NCBI RefSeq assembly: GCF_001194135.2
Contig: NC_068996.1
Coordinates: 25,415,328-25,474,534, forward strand
Source: Octopus bimaculoides
Lineage: Eukaryota
Length of the DNA stretch: 59,207 nt
Direction of reading: 5' to 3'
A model generated the notes under the pieces. It had not been told where the DNA came from. It searched no databases and saw only the letters and a list, made by a program, of their open reading frames with translations. The stretch's first letter is position 1, and each line of letters opens with the position of its first letter. Positions 24,371 to 38,400 of this stretch are shown here, one piece after another. A program made the position numbers and the translations under genes.

Positions 24371-27300
24371 CCCCCGGCATCCATGTATTACATATGATAC
24401 ACATTACCAATTTTTCAAACACCAGAGAAACTTGGGAATTATCAAAGGAAGCTATATTTCTCAGAATGTATTAAACAAAGTTTAACTAAATGTCTGAAAA
24501 CAAGTGTAGGACAAACTTATGAAAATTATTTGGTTAAGTTGGATTTTCGTTATCAAAATGTTTTTAACTTAATAACAATGTGACTACTATTAAAAAGGTA
24601 TAGAATCAAAAAGCGCCTTTCATATTTTAGTATTTAAAGAACGAAAGTAAAGGGTGTATTTGTTAAAAAAAACTTGAATCGATAAGTGCTAAAATTTATC
24701 GAAAACTACACGTTGTCAAATGTGTTCTTCCTTTACTTAATACCATTTGAGGGAAATTTCGCTGCTATTTCTAGCACTCTATGTGTTCGAGTGACCACAT
24801 AGAAGCGTCGTTTTACAAAGTGAAATAGGAAATGAGTTGCCGATTTATTAAAAAAAAAAAAAAAAAGTTCAGTAAGTTCCTGACTTTGGGTAAAAGAAAA
24901 TACAGGAGGATTAGTTAATTATGATTTTATTCAGTATCTTCCCCTCTCAGATTCACACACTTATTGCAACGATCCTTCAGTTTTTTCTAAGCCCTGTAAA
25001 AAAACACGGAAGGTTGGGCCTCCAAACAACCTTTCGCGCAGCACCCTCTCGGATGTGCTGTTTGATATTCGAGAGGGGAACGTCTTTGATTAGTAAGTTT
25101 AATCGATTTGTGTTGACCTGGGGCTAAATAAAACACTACAACCATTGCGACCGTAATGATTATACCAAGCCAACATGGGACCTCTACGCGGTCGTACGAC
25201 GTACTAGAAACAGCAGTAATATCGCTCCCTCTACAGTCATAAGTACAGGACACACGAGATAACGTATTTCCAATATATCTGCAATAAGTTAAATCAGTCG
25301 TGACTGGTATGCGTTTGCCGTGTTGAACCTAAGTGTACGCAACAACAATGCCATCGACCATAGATATGCGGATACATGAAATCATATTTTTAGCGGGACT
25401 GCGACACAACTTCGGATACGAAACTAAAATTGAAGGCTACAGTTTAAGCGCGCTTTTCCTGTCATTAAAATTTATTACATAATTCAATTGTTATGAAAGA
25501 ATCTAAATTGTTTAAAAATATTTTTGTCACTCACTTTTAATAAAACCTAGATTATATTAATTTTTAATTAACTAAAATTAATTGTTGCCAATGTTTTATG
25601 AATAATATTTCTTGGTTATTAAAATTTTCCGGCCATATTGAATAATAGTTAAAATGGAAACGATTTAACATTTATTAACTCTACTGAATATAATTATTTC
25701 AGCACAAACACACTACCTAATAATACTCCATTTGTTGCTACTCAGAGTTTTTTTGTTTGTTTTTGTTGTCACACACGTATATGACAAAAATTTAGAGGAA
25801 TGCTTTCAAATTTCTTCAGATATATATATACACACAGCGAATTGTGGGGAACACAGGTTATAATTTAATTGTTTGATTTCTGAGGTTTATAATAAAATGA
25901 GTGAGTGGTCGAATGAAAAATATCTGGTGAAAAATATATCCTCATCACTACAATACTTATACTATTTCGGTACTGAGAGCATTGTGTCTTTTACATCGTA
26001 ACATGTTCTTGATTTAGATTATATAGAATATTTAGTTAATATATTACTGACAAAGCAGTTTTATTAAAGCTCTTAACAGACTAATCATGCACAGGTAATG
26101 CATATGCGCACAAAATAATAGAGATTTTTTTTTCTGATATATCGACACCTAAAATGAAATTAGTAATTTATTGCTTAGGAGTGAGACAGTTAATCACTCG
26201 AAAGGTAAAGTAGTCGTCATTATTGATGCAACATTGCAAATAAAAATATATTAAGCAGTTTCATCTGGGTGTGCTTAGAAATAATGTAGTTGTAGCACTA
26301 GATATAACGATTTGATTAAATGAAACTTCAGAAATCAAATTAAATTCAAATACTTTACTATTTCTCGTTTTGTAGGAAAGTGAATTAAAAGAAATAGTTT
26401 CAAGAAATTTTTTCTGCCCTAGTGGTTTTAATATATCGCTAATGTTGTTAATACGTCACCATTTTTTTAAAAATTCGCTTTCAAATGCACAGAGTATTAA
26501 TTATTAGCTAATAATAATTATAATCTTTATTAATAATTATTATTTATAATTATTTATCGAGCGTGTTATAATCGTTGCAATGAAATACGAAAATAATGAT
26601 GACTTTCTTCCATCAATCCATTGTTGACATGGCAATTTATTGCGGAAGTGATGGTCAGTATTTGAGGCAGCAGGTTCACATACAGGTAGGTCTGTCAGCT
26701 AGGGTTTTTCTCTTTTCTATTTATCACTGGATAAAACATTTTTCTATAAACAAAATCTGACAAAGGGAAGAAAACGAAGATCATAATTCACTTTATATTG
26801 CCAATTTTGATCGTGCGTTGCATTATAATTTATCGGTCGTGTTGCGAAATCACTTTCGATTTAAAACTCGACGATGATCGATTTCTGGTGTATAATATTG
26901 CTTAACGCTCATTAACAAAAAATGCTTGATTAATTCATGAGTATTATGAATAAAAAAAAAAAAGAACGTTTGATCGATTTGTGGAATCAAACGAGGAAAA
27001 CTTCCTCAAAAGCAGATGCACCAAGTCTCCATTTTGACATGAATCAAAAGGTAATATGTGGTTGTATTATAGCAACTCACCTCATGAGGGTTAGATTGAA
27101 TAATAATTACTATTATTAAGTTTATCCTGTCTATTTACACCAGTTTTATTACAGTTGCAAGCACTTTACTATCGATATCAGTTAATTTAACATCTCAACC
27201 TTCACACCCAAAATAATTTTCTCTCCAGAACATTCTCTCTCTTCCTCCCATCCCCCCGCGGTTTTTGTGCGGCATTGAATGTCTCTCTTGAGAGTAATAC

Positions 27301-28287
27301 CACACCAGGACGGTTTTTAAGTAGACATCCAAATAATATAAAGATATCTATATTACTGAAACAAACAGTCATTATATTTGTGCTGATAAGGCCTCACTTT
27401 TAACGAGCTGTCAGTCTCATTTCATTCACAATCCTTAGCCTTGTTCAGACGACGTAATTGCCTTGTGTCTTAATGGCGGGATTTGTTCAACCCATAATTA
27501 TAATTAGAATAACGTTTGTCAGCAGACATCCACAGGTAAAACCTATTTGCTCATTTATTATATACCATTCCATAGTTTGTTACTTTTATAACAGTAACAC
27601 TGGTAATTGTACAGATAATTTATTTAATAAACCCGCGTGCGCTTGTATGTATGTGTGTGCGTATGAGAGACAAACGAAAGAATTGTAAAATATGTTTTAA
27701 AAAGACCGACAATACCAATGTTTAGTCAGACTAAAAACTTATTGCTAATTCTAATTAGAATTTTCTCCCCATGGAATTATATAATTACATTAATTTGAAC
27801 TCAAAGAGAGATAATACTCCTTTTCTTGAAAAGCATTGACAGGCTAACTCGTGACCCAACCAACATATTTTGCAACCATTTTCCCTCCAATAATTTTTTA
27901 CTGTAACTTCCATCTATTCAATGTCATAGATTATATATATACACACACACATACACAAACCAATGTTAAAAATTATTGTTATGCTGTTTATTCAGTTGAG
28001 AATAACCAAGTCTAATCTAAATTCTTTCTTTTTCAGAACATGTCAAACACCACGACAACGCGCTTTCATAAAATACGTTGGAAGATAATTTGATATATGC
28101 AAGATAATTATAGAATATTTATTCCATGTATATTGTTACACAAGTCACATTTTAGACTTTCAAATGTTTTGGTTAATCTATAAAGAAACAATAATAACCG
28201 ATAGACAAAGTTGACAGTATGTTCAACAGATGCTGATGATGATAATCTAAAGTAACTTTAAAAATCTTTTCTTCCTCGACTTCTTCC

Positions 28288-28380
28288 TTAGATTGTGCTG
28301 TCCTCCAATTCAGCAGGGTCGTTAGTAGGTTCCAAAGAGAGCGATGGGGAAATTCTGCTGGGATCATCAAACAAAGTTTC
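28288..28380 (-). CDS. Membrane-protein gene, terminal coding exon: ETLFDDPSRISPSLSLEPTNDPAELEDSTI*
   Basis: Strong acceptor ttttgttttcctctttag, phase 0 matching the upstream exon, ends TAA. AATAAA on the minus strand at 28118-28123. Confidence 0.8.
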   Translation of the reverse strand, partial: ETLFDDPSRISPSLSLEPTNDPAELEDSTI

Positions 28381-29771
28381 CTAAAGAGGAAAACAAAAAT
28401 AATTTACAATTTATATTTTGGGAGAGAATTTTGTTAGAAGCAATAAACCAATATGTAAGTAAGATTTGGCAAAGCTACAGGATGCAACAATAGAGTTATT
28501 TATTAATTTAGTGAAATATGAACTTTTAGTGTAATGTAAGTGAAGTTTAGTGCCAATTTTTAAATATTTTTTGTAAAATTTTAATTATCATTATTTCTTC
28601 ATTATAAATAACGATTCAGTTGCTAGTAGGGACCTCAACTCTTTTGCATAAAAAGGGTTTGCAGGACTTTATAGGGATGTTTTCTAATCTTACTTAACTA
28701 TCAGCATCATTATTATCCAAACTGCTATAAATAATTTTATTTGTAGTTAAGGCCCAGACACACATACAAAATTTGGGGAATATACGAAATAATCACAGTT
28801 GTACATAATAATTATTACCTAATAATGTATCATCATCATCGTTTAACGTCCGCTTTCCATGCTAGCATGGGTTGGAATACAGTTTATAAATAATATATAT
28901 TCACACAAAACTGTTACAAAGCAGTTGTTAACATACATTATTATACCAGATGTTGCTCTACAATATGTGTATATTTATGTGTATATATGTATATATATGT
29001 GTGTGTATAAATGCATGTATGTATGTGCTGCATTTGTGTTAGATGAATGTATTATCTGTCTTTGTTCTATATGTTTGTTTGTGTTAATAAAAAAGAAAAA
29101 TGTATGGTAAGTGATTCCATTGTTTATTTTTAACAAATAACTTACTTGGTTCAAATCTGAACTATAAAGTGGGTTATTGAATTCTTGGTTGTTGTACGCA
29201 TTATTTGTATTTCCTCCACTGGCTGAGCGGTTAGTTGACTAATCAAAGATAATGGAAAAACAATTGGTAAGTACTATATTTCTATTTTTAAAAAAAAATA
29301 TATTTCTTAGTAAAGTGGCACAGTTTTAAAGTTTACCAGATATGGTTTGAATAAAGTAAAAAAAAAAAATTAGAAATCATTTGAAAATTAGCCTGATATT
29401 ATTAAGCAGAAAACATTTCATAATTTTCATGTAATATTGTATAATAAAATAAGTTTTGGACATTAAAAATAATTTATATTTCAAATCATTCTTTAACTTA
29501 AAACTAATGCCCCTTTCTTTGAAATTCTTGAAATTTCAATAAAATGTAAATATTTTCAACTATTTTTGGTTAATGCTAAAATTTTCATTTACAGGTTTGG
29601 TAACAAAGACAAAACCGAAAAGCCACATGTAAGTTAATTTTCTAACCAGACTATTTAATTTAGCTAATTGAACAGTTATTGTAAACTGATTTATTTTCGT
29701 GTGATTAAAATACTAAGAGCTGCTAGACTATTTTATTTAACAACTGTTGTGGTTTTGAGGTAAAATTTTTG

Positions 29772-29792
29772 TTAAATTTCTCCTTCAGTAAT
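29772..29792 (-). CDS. Possible alternative terminal exon ITEGEI*
   Basis: Acceptor cctttctctaataattag, phase 0 compatible. Very short, so chance occurrence is possible. Confidence 0.25.
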   Translation of the reverse strand: MTEGEI

Positions 29793-30355
29793 CTAATTAT
29801 TAGAGAAAGGTTTAAAATAGTACAATTGTGTTTGTAATATGATGTATAATGCAGACATTACATTTTGTTCTACTACATTTCTTGTATATATGTTTATATT
29901 TTTCAGGTATAAAACAGTTCAGTCCTAAGACCACATTTGAGACTTCTAAATAGTAGTTTAGATAAAATAATATATAGGAATTTAGCTTTGAGTAAATATT
30001 AAGCATAGGGATAAAAGTCTTCAGAAGTCTTACATTTATAAAGGAAATCATTTAACTCTTAATTACAATTCAGCCTCAGACCACATGTATTAAGTATTCA
30101 TATTCAAATTAAATTCTTGATCAAAATCTCATCAGTTAGTCAACACCAAAATAATGACCAATATATATATATATAAACAAATAGTTACAGATATCCTACT
30201 ATATCATTTCAAAATGCTGATTATACTGAAAATTGAAACACACTGATAGAAATAATCATGAAAGTGTATAAAAATTACATTAAAAATATGGTGCATTTGA
30301 CCAAGAAAATTCATTTCTGAAATACATTCATTGAAAGAATATTTATTGAACCTAC

Positions 30356-30506
30356 TTCAGCACCATAAACTGGATTTTGGAATCCTCCTTCATTATGATA
30401 TGTTGGACTTGGTAGATCATCTAATGGGACAGTGTCTTGATTAATAAATCTGCTGTGAATGTTAGGGAAGAATTGTCCTGATGTAAACGGATTGGCAAAA
30501 TTACGC
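30356..30506 (-). CDS. Cytoplasmic-tail exon: RNFANPFTSGQFFPNIHSRFINQDTVPLDDLPSPTYHNEGGFQNPVYGAE
   Basis: ttttcag acceptor, GAA|GTAGGT donor, 151 nt, phase 2 to 0, open frame with FQNPVY. Confidence 0.88.
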
Positions 30507-31228
30507 CTGAAAAATATACAAACATGTATTTATTACATATTTATCCAGAGTGAGAACCAGGCTACAAATGCAATGCATTACGAGCTTAATATTATAAGAG
30601 CAATTAAGAAAGATTTTAAGATGATTTCAAGTTGTTTTATTGGAATATAGAAGCATTTTTAAGCTGTTGTAAACTATTTTTGTATGATGCAAAAATCTGA
30701 AGTATTTATCCATTACAATTTGATTTTCAGTCTATATGTAGGTAAAAATTATTCACATATGCTTTTGTCAGAGAAATGAACTATACTTGGACTAAATGGC
30801 TCAACACAGAATGGATCCTCTAATAGCATCCAAGTTGGTAGTGTTTTACATCCATACAATTTCTTTTTATCAAATTACACTCATAAGACACTAATTCTCT
30901 TGAGGATAATGTTGAAGACACTTGCCCAAGGTGTTGTATTCTTAGATTGAACCCGAAATAAAGATATTTGCGAGACAAAACTGCCTAACCACACACCCAA
31001 GCGTGCTGTGTCCACAAATAGCAAAGCACTTTTGTTTTCTTTAATATCGAAACTTATGAATTAATAGCAATAGGGTTAGTATTTGGTTATTCATTGAATA
31101 TGGAAGTGAAACAATGAAATATAAAATTAAGGTAAGTGCAAATAATTTTAATACAGATTTTGAAATTATCATAATTTAAATTGTTCATGAAAAATAAAAA
31201 CTAATTTCTTTTCTTTCCTTCTCTACAG

Positions 31229-31750
31229 GTTGTAAGATCATTGGGTAATAACAATAGGAAATAGTATTGTTATAAGTGGCTGACTGGACTTACATGTTAC
31301 CTCTTCTGTAGAGGAGAAGTAATATAACAATCAATAGAAGCAATATCAAACTGCCCAAAGTGAATCCAAGGACTGCAGCAGTTGAAAATCCACCTGGGAA
31401 GAAGAAGAATAAAAGGACTGTATATTAGAAAATATGAGTTGATGTAAAATCATTAATGTGTTTATATGTTGTATTATAAAATGTTTTTTAAAGAAGTAGA
31501 TTAAAAAAAAAAAGTATTTTTGATGGTAAGAAAGATTATTTTTCTATGTGTAAGTATAAATTGCGAAAAAGATGAAGAAAGGAAACAAGAAAATTAGGTG
31601 AGTTGAGTTACTTGATAATCTTATCATACCGATCTTAAAATGACCTTTTCCTGTTTTTCTAATTCTCTTTCTGTTTTATTGCAGGTATTGTATAAATACT
31701 GGTTCTGTTCAGAAATAGAACTAGGTTGAATGCAGAAATTGTGAAATAAA
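31229..31750 (+). ncRNA. Candidate spliced antisense RNA exons (31229-31597, 31685-31750; also 29595-29628)
   Basis: Paired consensus plus-strand sites: AAG|GTAAGT 31132, ttttctttccttctctacag 31228, TAG|GTGAGT 31598, ttctctttctgttttattgcag 31684, AAA|GTAAGC 31751. No long ORF. Confidence 0.4.
31294..31393 (-). CDS. Transmembrane exon: GGFSTAAVLGFTLGSLILLLLIVILLLLYRRGNM
   Basis: ttcttcttcttcccag acceptor, AT|GTAAGT donor, 100 nt, phase 1 to 2. ~22 hydrophobic residues followed by an RR stop-transfer. Confidence 0.92.
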
Positions 31751-31801
31751 GTAAGCCAACAATACAATTTTAAACACTATCTTGTTTCAAATGGCTTTTA
31801 A

Positions 31802-32029
31802 CCCTTTTGATATCAACCCACCTGAGACATGCTGTTGGTCCTAGGATACAAAATTCCTGTTTTAACATTTTAATCTAAGTTAAAACTTTCTATTGAAATT
31901 TCATGTCAATTTCTGTTCCAAATACCAGTTTAATAATGATAAAGTTATCTTACTAAATTTTTCGTTATTCTCAAAATACATAAACAACAAAAGCAGTGTA
32001 TTTTTCACAAAAATATAGTAACAAAAAGG
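31802..32029 (+). mobile_element. piggyBac-like MITE
   Basis: TTAA-CCCT... at 31798-31805 and ...AAGG-TTAA at 32026-32033. A second partial copy ends agggttaa near 32265. Confidence 0.6.
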
Positions 32030-32577
32030 TTAAAAACTGTTTCTCAGCTATTATGATTATTTGGGTAGCTCAGTTTATATTTTTTATGCCTGTCAGAGAC
32101 AGCTCTTGATGATATAAAAAACAAAACAAAACCTTTCATTAAAATTTTATGATAATTTATGTTCGTAAAACCAATTTGATAAATTCTTCCTTATTTTCAT
32201 TCAAAATTAATTGAAAAACAAAGTTATATATATAAGCAACAGAAATTGGTAACAAAAGGGTTAAATATAAACAAAAAATGGTATAGATTGTATTGCTATA
32301 GCCTTTGTTTTGATATGAGCGAAGTCTTTAACATAATTTTCCAAACTATGTTCTGACAGCATAAAGTGTTTATACATTTCCTTTTAATATAATTACTATG
32401 TTATTATCACTGATATACTGTTAATAATAATGATAATGTACCCAACCCCCAAATAATGTATCCAATTAATAATAATGATAATGTACTCAATCCCCAAATT
32501 GTAAATATTTTAACGTATATTTTTTTTTTTACTTTCAGCTAACAAAAACTTCCTTCTTGTTATTTTTGTAACATTAC

Positions 32578-32880
32578 CTGTAGGTTCAACTTTTATGTTA
32601 CGACCACTCTCAGGTTTACCATAGTCCTGTGCAGTTGTCTTTTGACTTGTTCTTTGTGTTGTTGTTGTTGTTGTAGTAGTACTGGTTGTTTTTGTTGCTG
32701 TTGTCCATGTTTGTTTTGTCTTTTTTGTAGTTGATGACACTGTTGCTGGTGTTTTTGTTGTTGTTGTTGTCAATGTTGTCGATGTCTTTGTTGTTTCCGA
32801 AGGTCTCTTGTTTCTTGGCGTTCCAGAAACTTTTATCTCAACTGCTGAAAATATGTATTTGTAACCTCCATGCGTTATGT
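32578..32880 (-). CDS. Thr-rich mucin-stalk exon: DITHGGYKYIFSAVEIKVSGTPRNKRPSETTKTSTTLTTTTTKTP...QDYGKPESGRNIKVEPT
   Basis: ttttctctcaaaacag acceptor, CAG|GTAATG donor, 303 nt, phase 1 to 1. An in-frame alternative acceptor exists at 32844. Confidence 0.88.
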
Positions 32881-35479
32881 CTGTTTTGAGAGAAAATGAT
32901 TACATTTAGAATTTACTGTATCAAGGCATTGTATCAATATTTTAAAAAAGTTTTGATTGTGAAAATTGAAGAGAAAATAAAATTATGCTTCTTTGTATTA
33001 TTCTTTATTTATAAACATGGACAAAACTGGCTGATTTACAGCATTTTAAAATTATATGTTTCAGTTTGTGTAAAATCATGTGAATATACGCATGTTGTAG
33101 AGCAATGTGGAATATGTATGTTTGTAGACAAATGAAAAACTTGTTTTGATATTCTAATACTTTAGAGAAACATTTAACAAATTAGTTGAAGGACTAAATT
33201 TCTAACAGCTGTAATTAAATTTACATATATTATTGTTAACTGTGCCTTCTTGATTGTTAATACCTTCCATGAGATCAATACGTACACCCTTGGTAGATCA
33301 TATGTATAGACTTTGTACTGATTCTTGGGAAAGTGGGAAAAGAGAGAGAGAGAGAGCAATACACTTATAACCAGAATTTATATCAGAAGTAAAAAATAGT
33401 AGTAGTAGTGTTTCTTTTAATTGGCCACTTAGCAAATTAGTTTGGGAAATACCTATAGAAAATCAAATAATGTAAGAATTCTGTTAAACATTTTTCATGG
33501 CAATTACTAATTTTAAGCTTGAAAAAGAAACAAAGATATAGCTGACTCAACTATAAATTTTATCTTAATATGTTTTTAATGTTATTTTCTTATCTTATTT
33601 GCATATAGTTACCTGCACATTTCCTAATAGGTTATTGTTTCATTCTGAAAGTGACTAAATGGACTTTATACTTAGAAGGAAAAAAGAGAAATACTCCTCT
33701 CCCTATATCACCATCAATAGTTTTGGAGTATTTTTCTCATGAGCAAAGTTTATTTTTTGATATATACTTAAAATGTTAGATACAGTTCTTCGAAATTTTA
33801 TTAAAACCAGTTTAGCTCTTTGCTTCTTAAGACTTAGATTAACTAAATAAATTGTTTTTTTAAATATTTGCTTGGTTTTTCAACTTTGAAGCAGTTATAA
33901 TTGAGGTAGTAATTTATTTTAAATTAAATAAGATATTTCATAAACATTTATCTCATTTGTTTTGTCTTATCTAACATTAAGTTTCCTTAAAAGTTAATTC
34001 ACTGGATTTGGTTCAATTAACATTAAATGCTAAATCTTTCTCATATTGGTTTTCTAGCAACATTCTGTTCCATTTGGGAATGGGGAAATTAAAAACTTTC
34101 ACATTAACATTGCTTAAGTGAATGAAAAAAACGTCTCAAATAACCACAAACGATTGTTTAGCCACCATAATTTAGGGGTATGATTTGAAGGAAATCTGGT
34201 CTGCTATTTCTAGCAGACCAAGCAGTATTGTAAAATGTCCCATGTTCACAAATGCCATAAACCGAAGAAAAGTTACAAGGTTTAATAGAACTACTACCAA
34301 TCTTGAAAGTCAAGATTTATAAAATATCTCAATTGCATTTAATTTCCTTAGTCTACTAAACTAAATTTGAAAAATCACTTTAATTTTGAAATGTAACACT
34401 TGAAGTACTGTTTATCTGCGGGAGTTTATTACAACCATTGAAATCCCAACCAAACTTCATCTAATGTTATGACTAAATTGCGTATAATACTTTTTCCTAA
34501 ATTTTTTAATAATTATGTTATTCTCTTGCATTTTTAAGAGAATTCACTAAATATCAGTAGTTTCTTGATATAATTTACTGTACAATAGGTTGGCATATCT
34601 AATATTTTATCAGTTGCAGAGCATAAACTCTGTTTCACACTGTATTGACTAAATGACTTCAATTATGTTAGAACTGAAATGTAACAAATCAGTTTTTTTT
34701 TTTACTGTTTTCATACTAACCATGCTGTAACTGCTCCTGGTTCTATAAATCACACTTCCTGTTTTAAAGTGATTCAAATTAAAACCTTCCATCAAGACTT
34801 GATGTTAATTTATGTTCCAAACATTAGTTTAATAACTAACAACAGTTATTTTACCTAATTCTTCATCAGAAATATGCTAATAAAAGAGTTTGCCTTTCTG
34901 ACTTTACTCCTTCTATACGATGACTACATTAATTTACATGTGACATTTTTACGGTTTATTCCTGCCAATATTATTGCAATATAGTTTTTCTTTTCTTTTT
35001 TTTCCTCTTTAATATGCATGACTGACCTATGTTGAGATTGCTAGTATTACAGTCCTTTTGTGTATTCAATATCTTTTATTTTTGCCCTTTCTTTCTTTGC
35101 TACCACAAATCCCCAATAATGAACAACTTGTTCTCTCTATCCTTTTTCTCTCTTTGTAGATCTGAGCACTGATCTTTAATTGCAGTCATTATTTTGTGAG
35201 TGTCAATCTCACTATGCTGCTTCCCTCATTCCTCTTCACCCACTGTTTCATGTTTCAAGTGCTTTTTATTGTCCAATTCACACACCTTTTTCTATTTCAG
35301 CCTCTTATATTCTTCAGTTTATGTTTAGCTCACTACTATGAATTACCCAAAGTTCTGAGAACATTGCCTCAAATTAGGTAAAGTCTTTCACCTTTCAGAA
35401 TTGGTTAATTTGGCCAGGTTGACTCTTCTTTTTGTTTGAAGACTACTGGCTTCAATTTATTATCTTCTCTGAGTATTCA

Positions 35480-38400
35480 CATCACTTGTCTCTGTCTTAG
35501 TACACACTCTCTTATGATGTGTCCCAACTCCATTCCCTCTCCAACTATTTCACATTTTGTACAAGCTTAAACTATATTGTTTACTAATCTCTCTTATGAA
35601 GAGCACCAACCTTCCCTTATCTGAAGTGTACAAAATTTTTTTCCCCTCACAAATTTGCTGTCCTAAGATACAATATCTATTTCTTCCTTTAATCGCTCTT
35701 TTATGAGAGTTCTCATTCATAAATTTATTTCAGGAAGAGCACAAATTTTGTTTTCTATCTATTTGCTCTATCATGAGAATACTGTTTCCTCATTTTCTCT
35801 AATGAAGATAATGGTCCTTACATTCCCACCTGTATGAGCATTAACCCCATATTCTATCTGAGCTAATTTTTATGAAGTGACATGGCCCTATTCTTCCTCT
35901 CAGTTCACACTCATAGAGTATATACACCCCATTCTCTTCCAGTTCACTCTCTTATGATGTGTACTGACCCTCTCTCCTAGTACATTGACCTTATTCTTTC
36001 ACTGAGGTTTCTTATGAAGTGTACAGCTCCAGTTCTCTGTATTCCAGCCCACAGACCAACTTCTCTTCCCTGGACCTTTTTTATAAAGTGTAATGACCTT
36101 ATTCTTTCTCCTAAAGTGTGCATACTATTTTATCTCTTCCAATTGTACTGGCCAGCTACCCTTTCAGTTAACGCCCTTATGTATACAGATCCTATTCTTT
36201 GTCTTAGCACACACCCTTTATAATGTGTCCTAAAACCTTTTCTTTCTCTTGCCCAGCTCACTCTTATGAAGTGTACTGGTCCTTTATTCTTTATCTCAGT
36301 TAAGGCCCTATTCTTTTTCTTAGCACACTATCTTATGATGTACCCAAACTCCCTTTCTCTCTCACTCAGTTGATAATGACAATCTTATGTGAACAGGCCC
36401 ATCTCTCTATCTTAGTATACACACAATGATGTGTTTTAACCCCTTTCTCTCTCTCTCACAGCCCACTCTTATGAAGTGTTTGGTTCTATTCTTTCTCACA
36501 GTTCAATTTCTTATGAAGTGTGTACGTCCCCCCTCCCATCTCACTCTTTTTAAAGTCTACTAGCCCTCAGTTCACCTTTTTTATGAAGTGTACAAACCTT
36601 ATTCTCACTTTTCCAGTTCTCTCTTTTATGAGGTGCCCGGGGCCTTGTTTGGACACTATCCTCCTCTCAGTTCTCTCTCTTGTGTCCTGGCCCTATTCTT
36701 TCAGATCACTCTCTTATGAAGTGTACAAACCAAATCCTGTCTCTATCCTCTCTCTCAGGAGGTGTCCTGGGCCTTGTTTGGACCCCATCCTTCCTCTTTC
36801 AGTTCTCTATTATGCCCTGGGCCTATTCTCTCTCAGTTCACTCTCTTATGAAGTGTACTGGTTCTTGTACAAACCCTACACTCCCTCTCTTTTATGAGAT
36901 GCTTTGGCCATTATATAAAACCCCGTTTCCTCTCTCATGAGGGGGGTCTTGGCCGTATTCTCTCTCTCTCTCTCAGTTCCCTTTCTTATGAGGTGTACTG
37001 TCCTAATTCTCTCTCTTAAGTTCACTCTCAAAAGGTGTCCTGGGCCTTGTTTGGATCCCATCTTCCCTCTTTCAGTTCCCTCTCTTATGAGATGTCCTGC
37101 CCCTATTCTCTCTACAGGTCCCTCTTATGAGATGTCCTGTCCCTATTCTCTTTCACAGGCCCCTCTCTTAGGTGTCCTGGACCTAATCTCTCTCACACAG
37201 GTCCCTCTCTTACGAGGTGTCCTGCCATCTATCCTCTCTTATGAGGTGTCTTGGGCCTAATCTCTCATTCTGTTCCCTCTCTTATGAGGCTTCCTGGCCC
37301 TATTCTTTCTCTCTCTCATGCCCCTCTCTTATGAGGTGTACTGGCCGTTCTCTCTATCTCTCTCTGTTCCCTCTCTTATGAGGTGTCCTGGCCCTATTCT
37401 CTCTCTCTCTCTCAAGCTCCTCTCTTATGAGGTTTACTGGCCATTCTCTCTTATGAGGTATCCTGGCCCTATTCTCTCTCTCAGGCTCCTCTCATGAGGT
37501 ATCCTGGCCCTATTCTCTCTCTCTCAGGCCCCTCTCTTACAAGGTGTACTGGCCATTCTCTGGCCCTATTCTCTCTCTATCTCTCTCTCTCAGGGCCCCT
37601 GTTCTCTCTGTGAGATGTTTTGGCCCTATTCTCTCTCTCAGTTCCCTCTCTTATGAAGTGTCTGACCCTGTTCTCTCTTTCTCTTATTTCCCACTCTTAC
37701 AAAGTATCCTGGCATCTTTTCTCTCTCTCTCTGTTTCCTCTCCTACGAGGCATCCTGGCCTTGTTCTCTTTCTCTATCCCCTCTCTTACAAGAGTGTTCT
37801 GGCCCTGTTCACTTGCTCTCTCTCCCTCTCTTACAAGGTGTCCTGGTCCTGCTATCTCTTCTCAGTTCCCTCTCTTATGAGGTGTTCTGGCCCTTTTCAC
37901 TCTCTTTTATGAGGTGTCCTGGCCCTGCTCTCTCTCTCTCTCTCTCTCTGTTTCCTCTTAACCCTATTCTCTCTCTCTTTCTCAGTTTCCTCACTTACAA
38001 GGTGTTCTGGCTCTATTATCTCTCTTATGAGGAGTCCTGGCCCTGTTCTCTCTGTTTCCTCTATTATGAGGTGTTCTGGCCCTATTCTCTCTCTCTTCCC
38101 TCTCTTATGAGGTATCCTGGCCGTATTCTGTCTGTTAGTTCACTCTTTTAAGAAGTGTCCTGACCTTTGTACAGACCCTATCCTCCTCCTCTCAGTTCCC
38201 TCTCTCATGAGGTGCCCCATCCCCATACTCTTTGTTCATTCCCTTAAGAAGTACACAGCTCTATTCTCTCTTACTCCTAGTTCACTTTTATGAAGTACCC
38301 TGGCTCTATTCTCTTTCTCCCAGTCCATTCCTTCAGAACTATACAAATGCTATTCTTTCTTTTTCAGCATACATACACATGATGTACATTAGACCTATTC

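Noticed and set aside
28173-28370. ORF MMIPAEFPH...
   Set aside because: Off-frame overlap of the real terminal exon (28288-28380).
32510-32773. Stand-alone 87-aa Thr-rich gene as given by the ORF track
   Set aside because: Non-ATG start; the frame is an internal exon (32578-32880) bounded by splice sites.
33174-33359. Extra exon NQYKVYTYDLPRVYVLISWK in the 9-kb intron
   Set aside because: It has a good acceptor, but the open frame is phase 0-0 while the flanking exons need phase 1-1; the phase-1 frame has a stop.
33610-33675. Exon candidate ending CAG|GTAACT
   Set aside because: All frames from the available acceptors contain stops.
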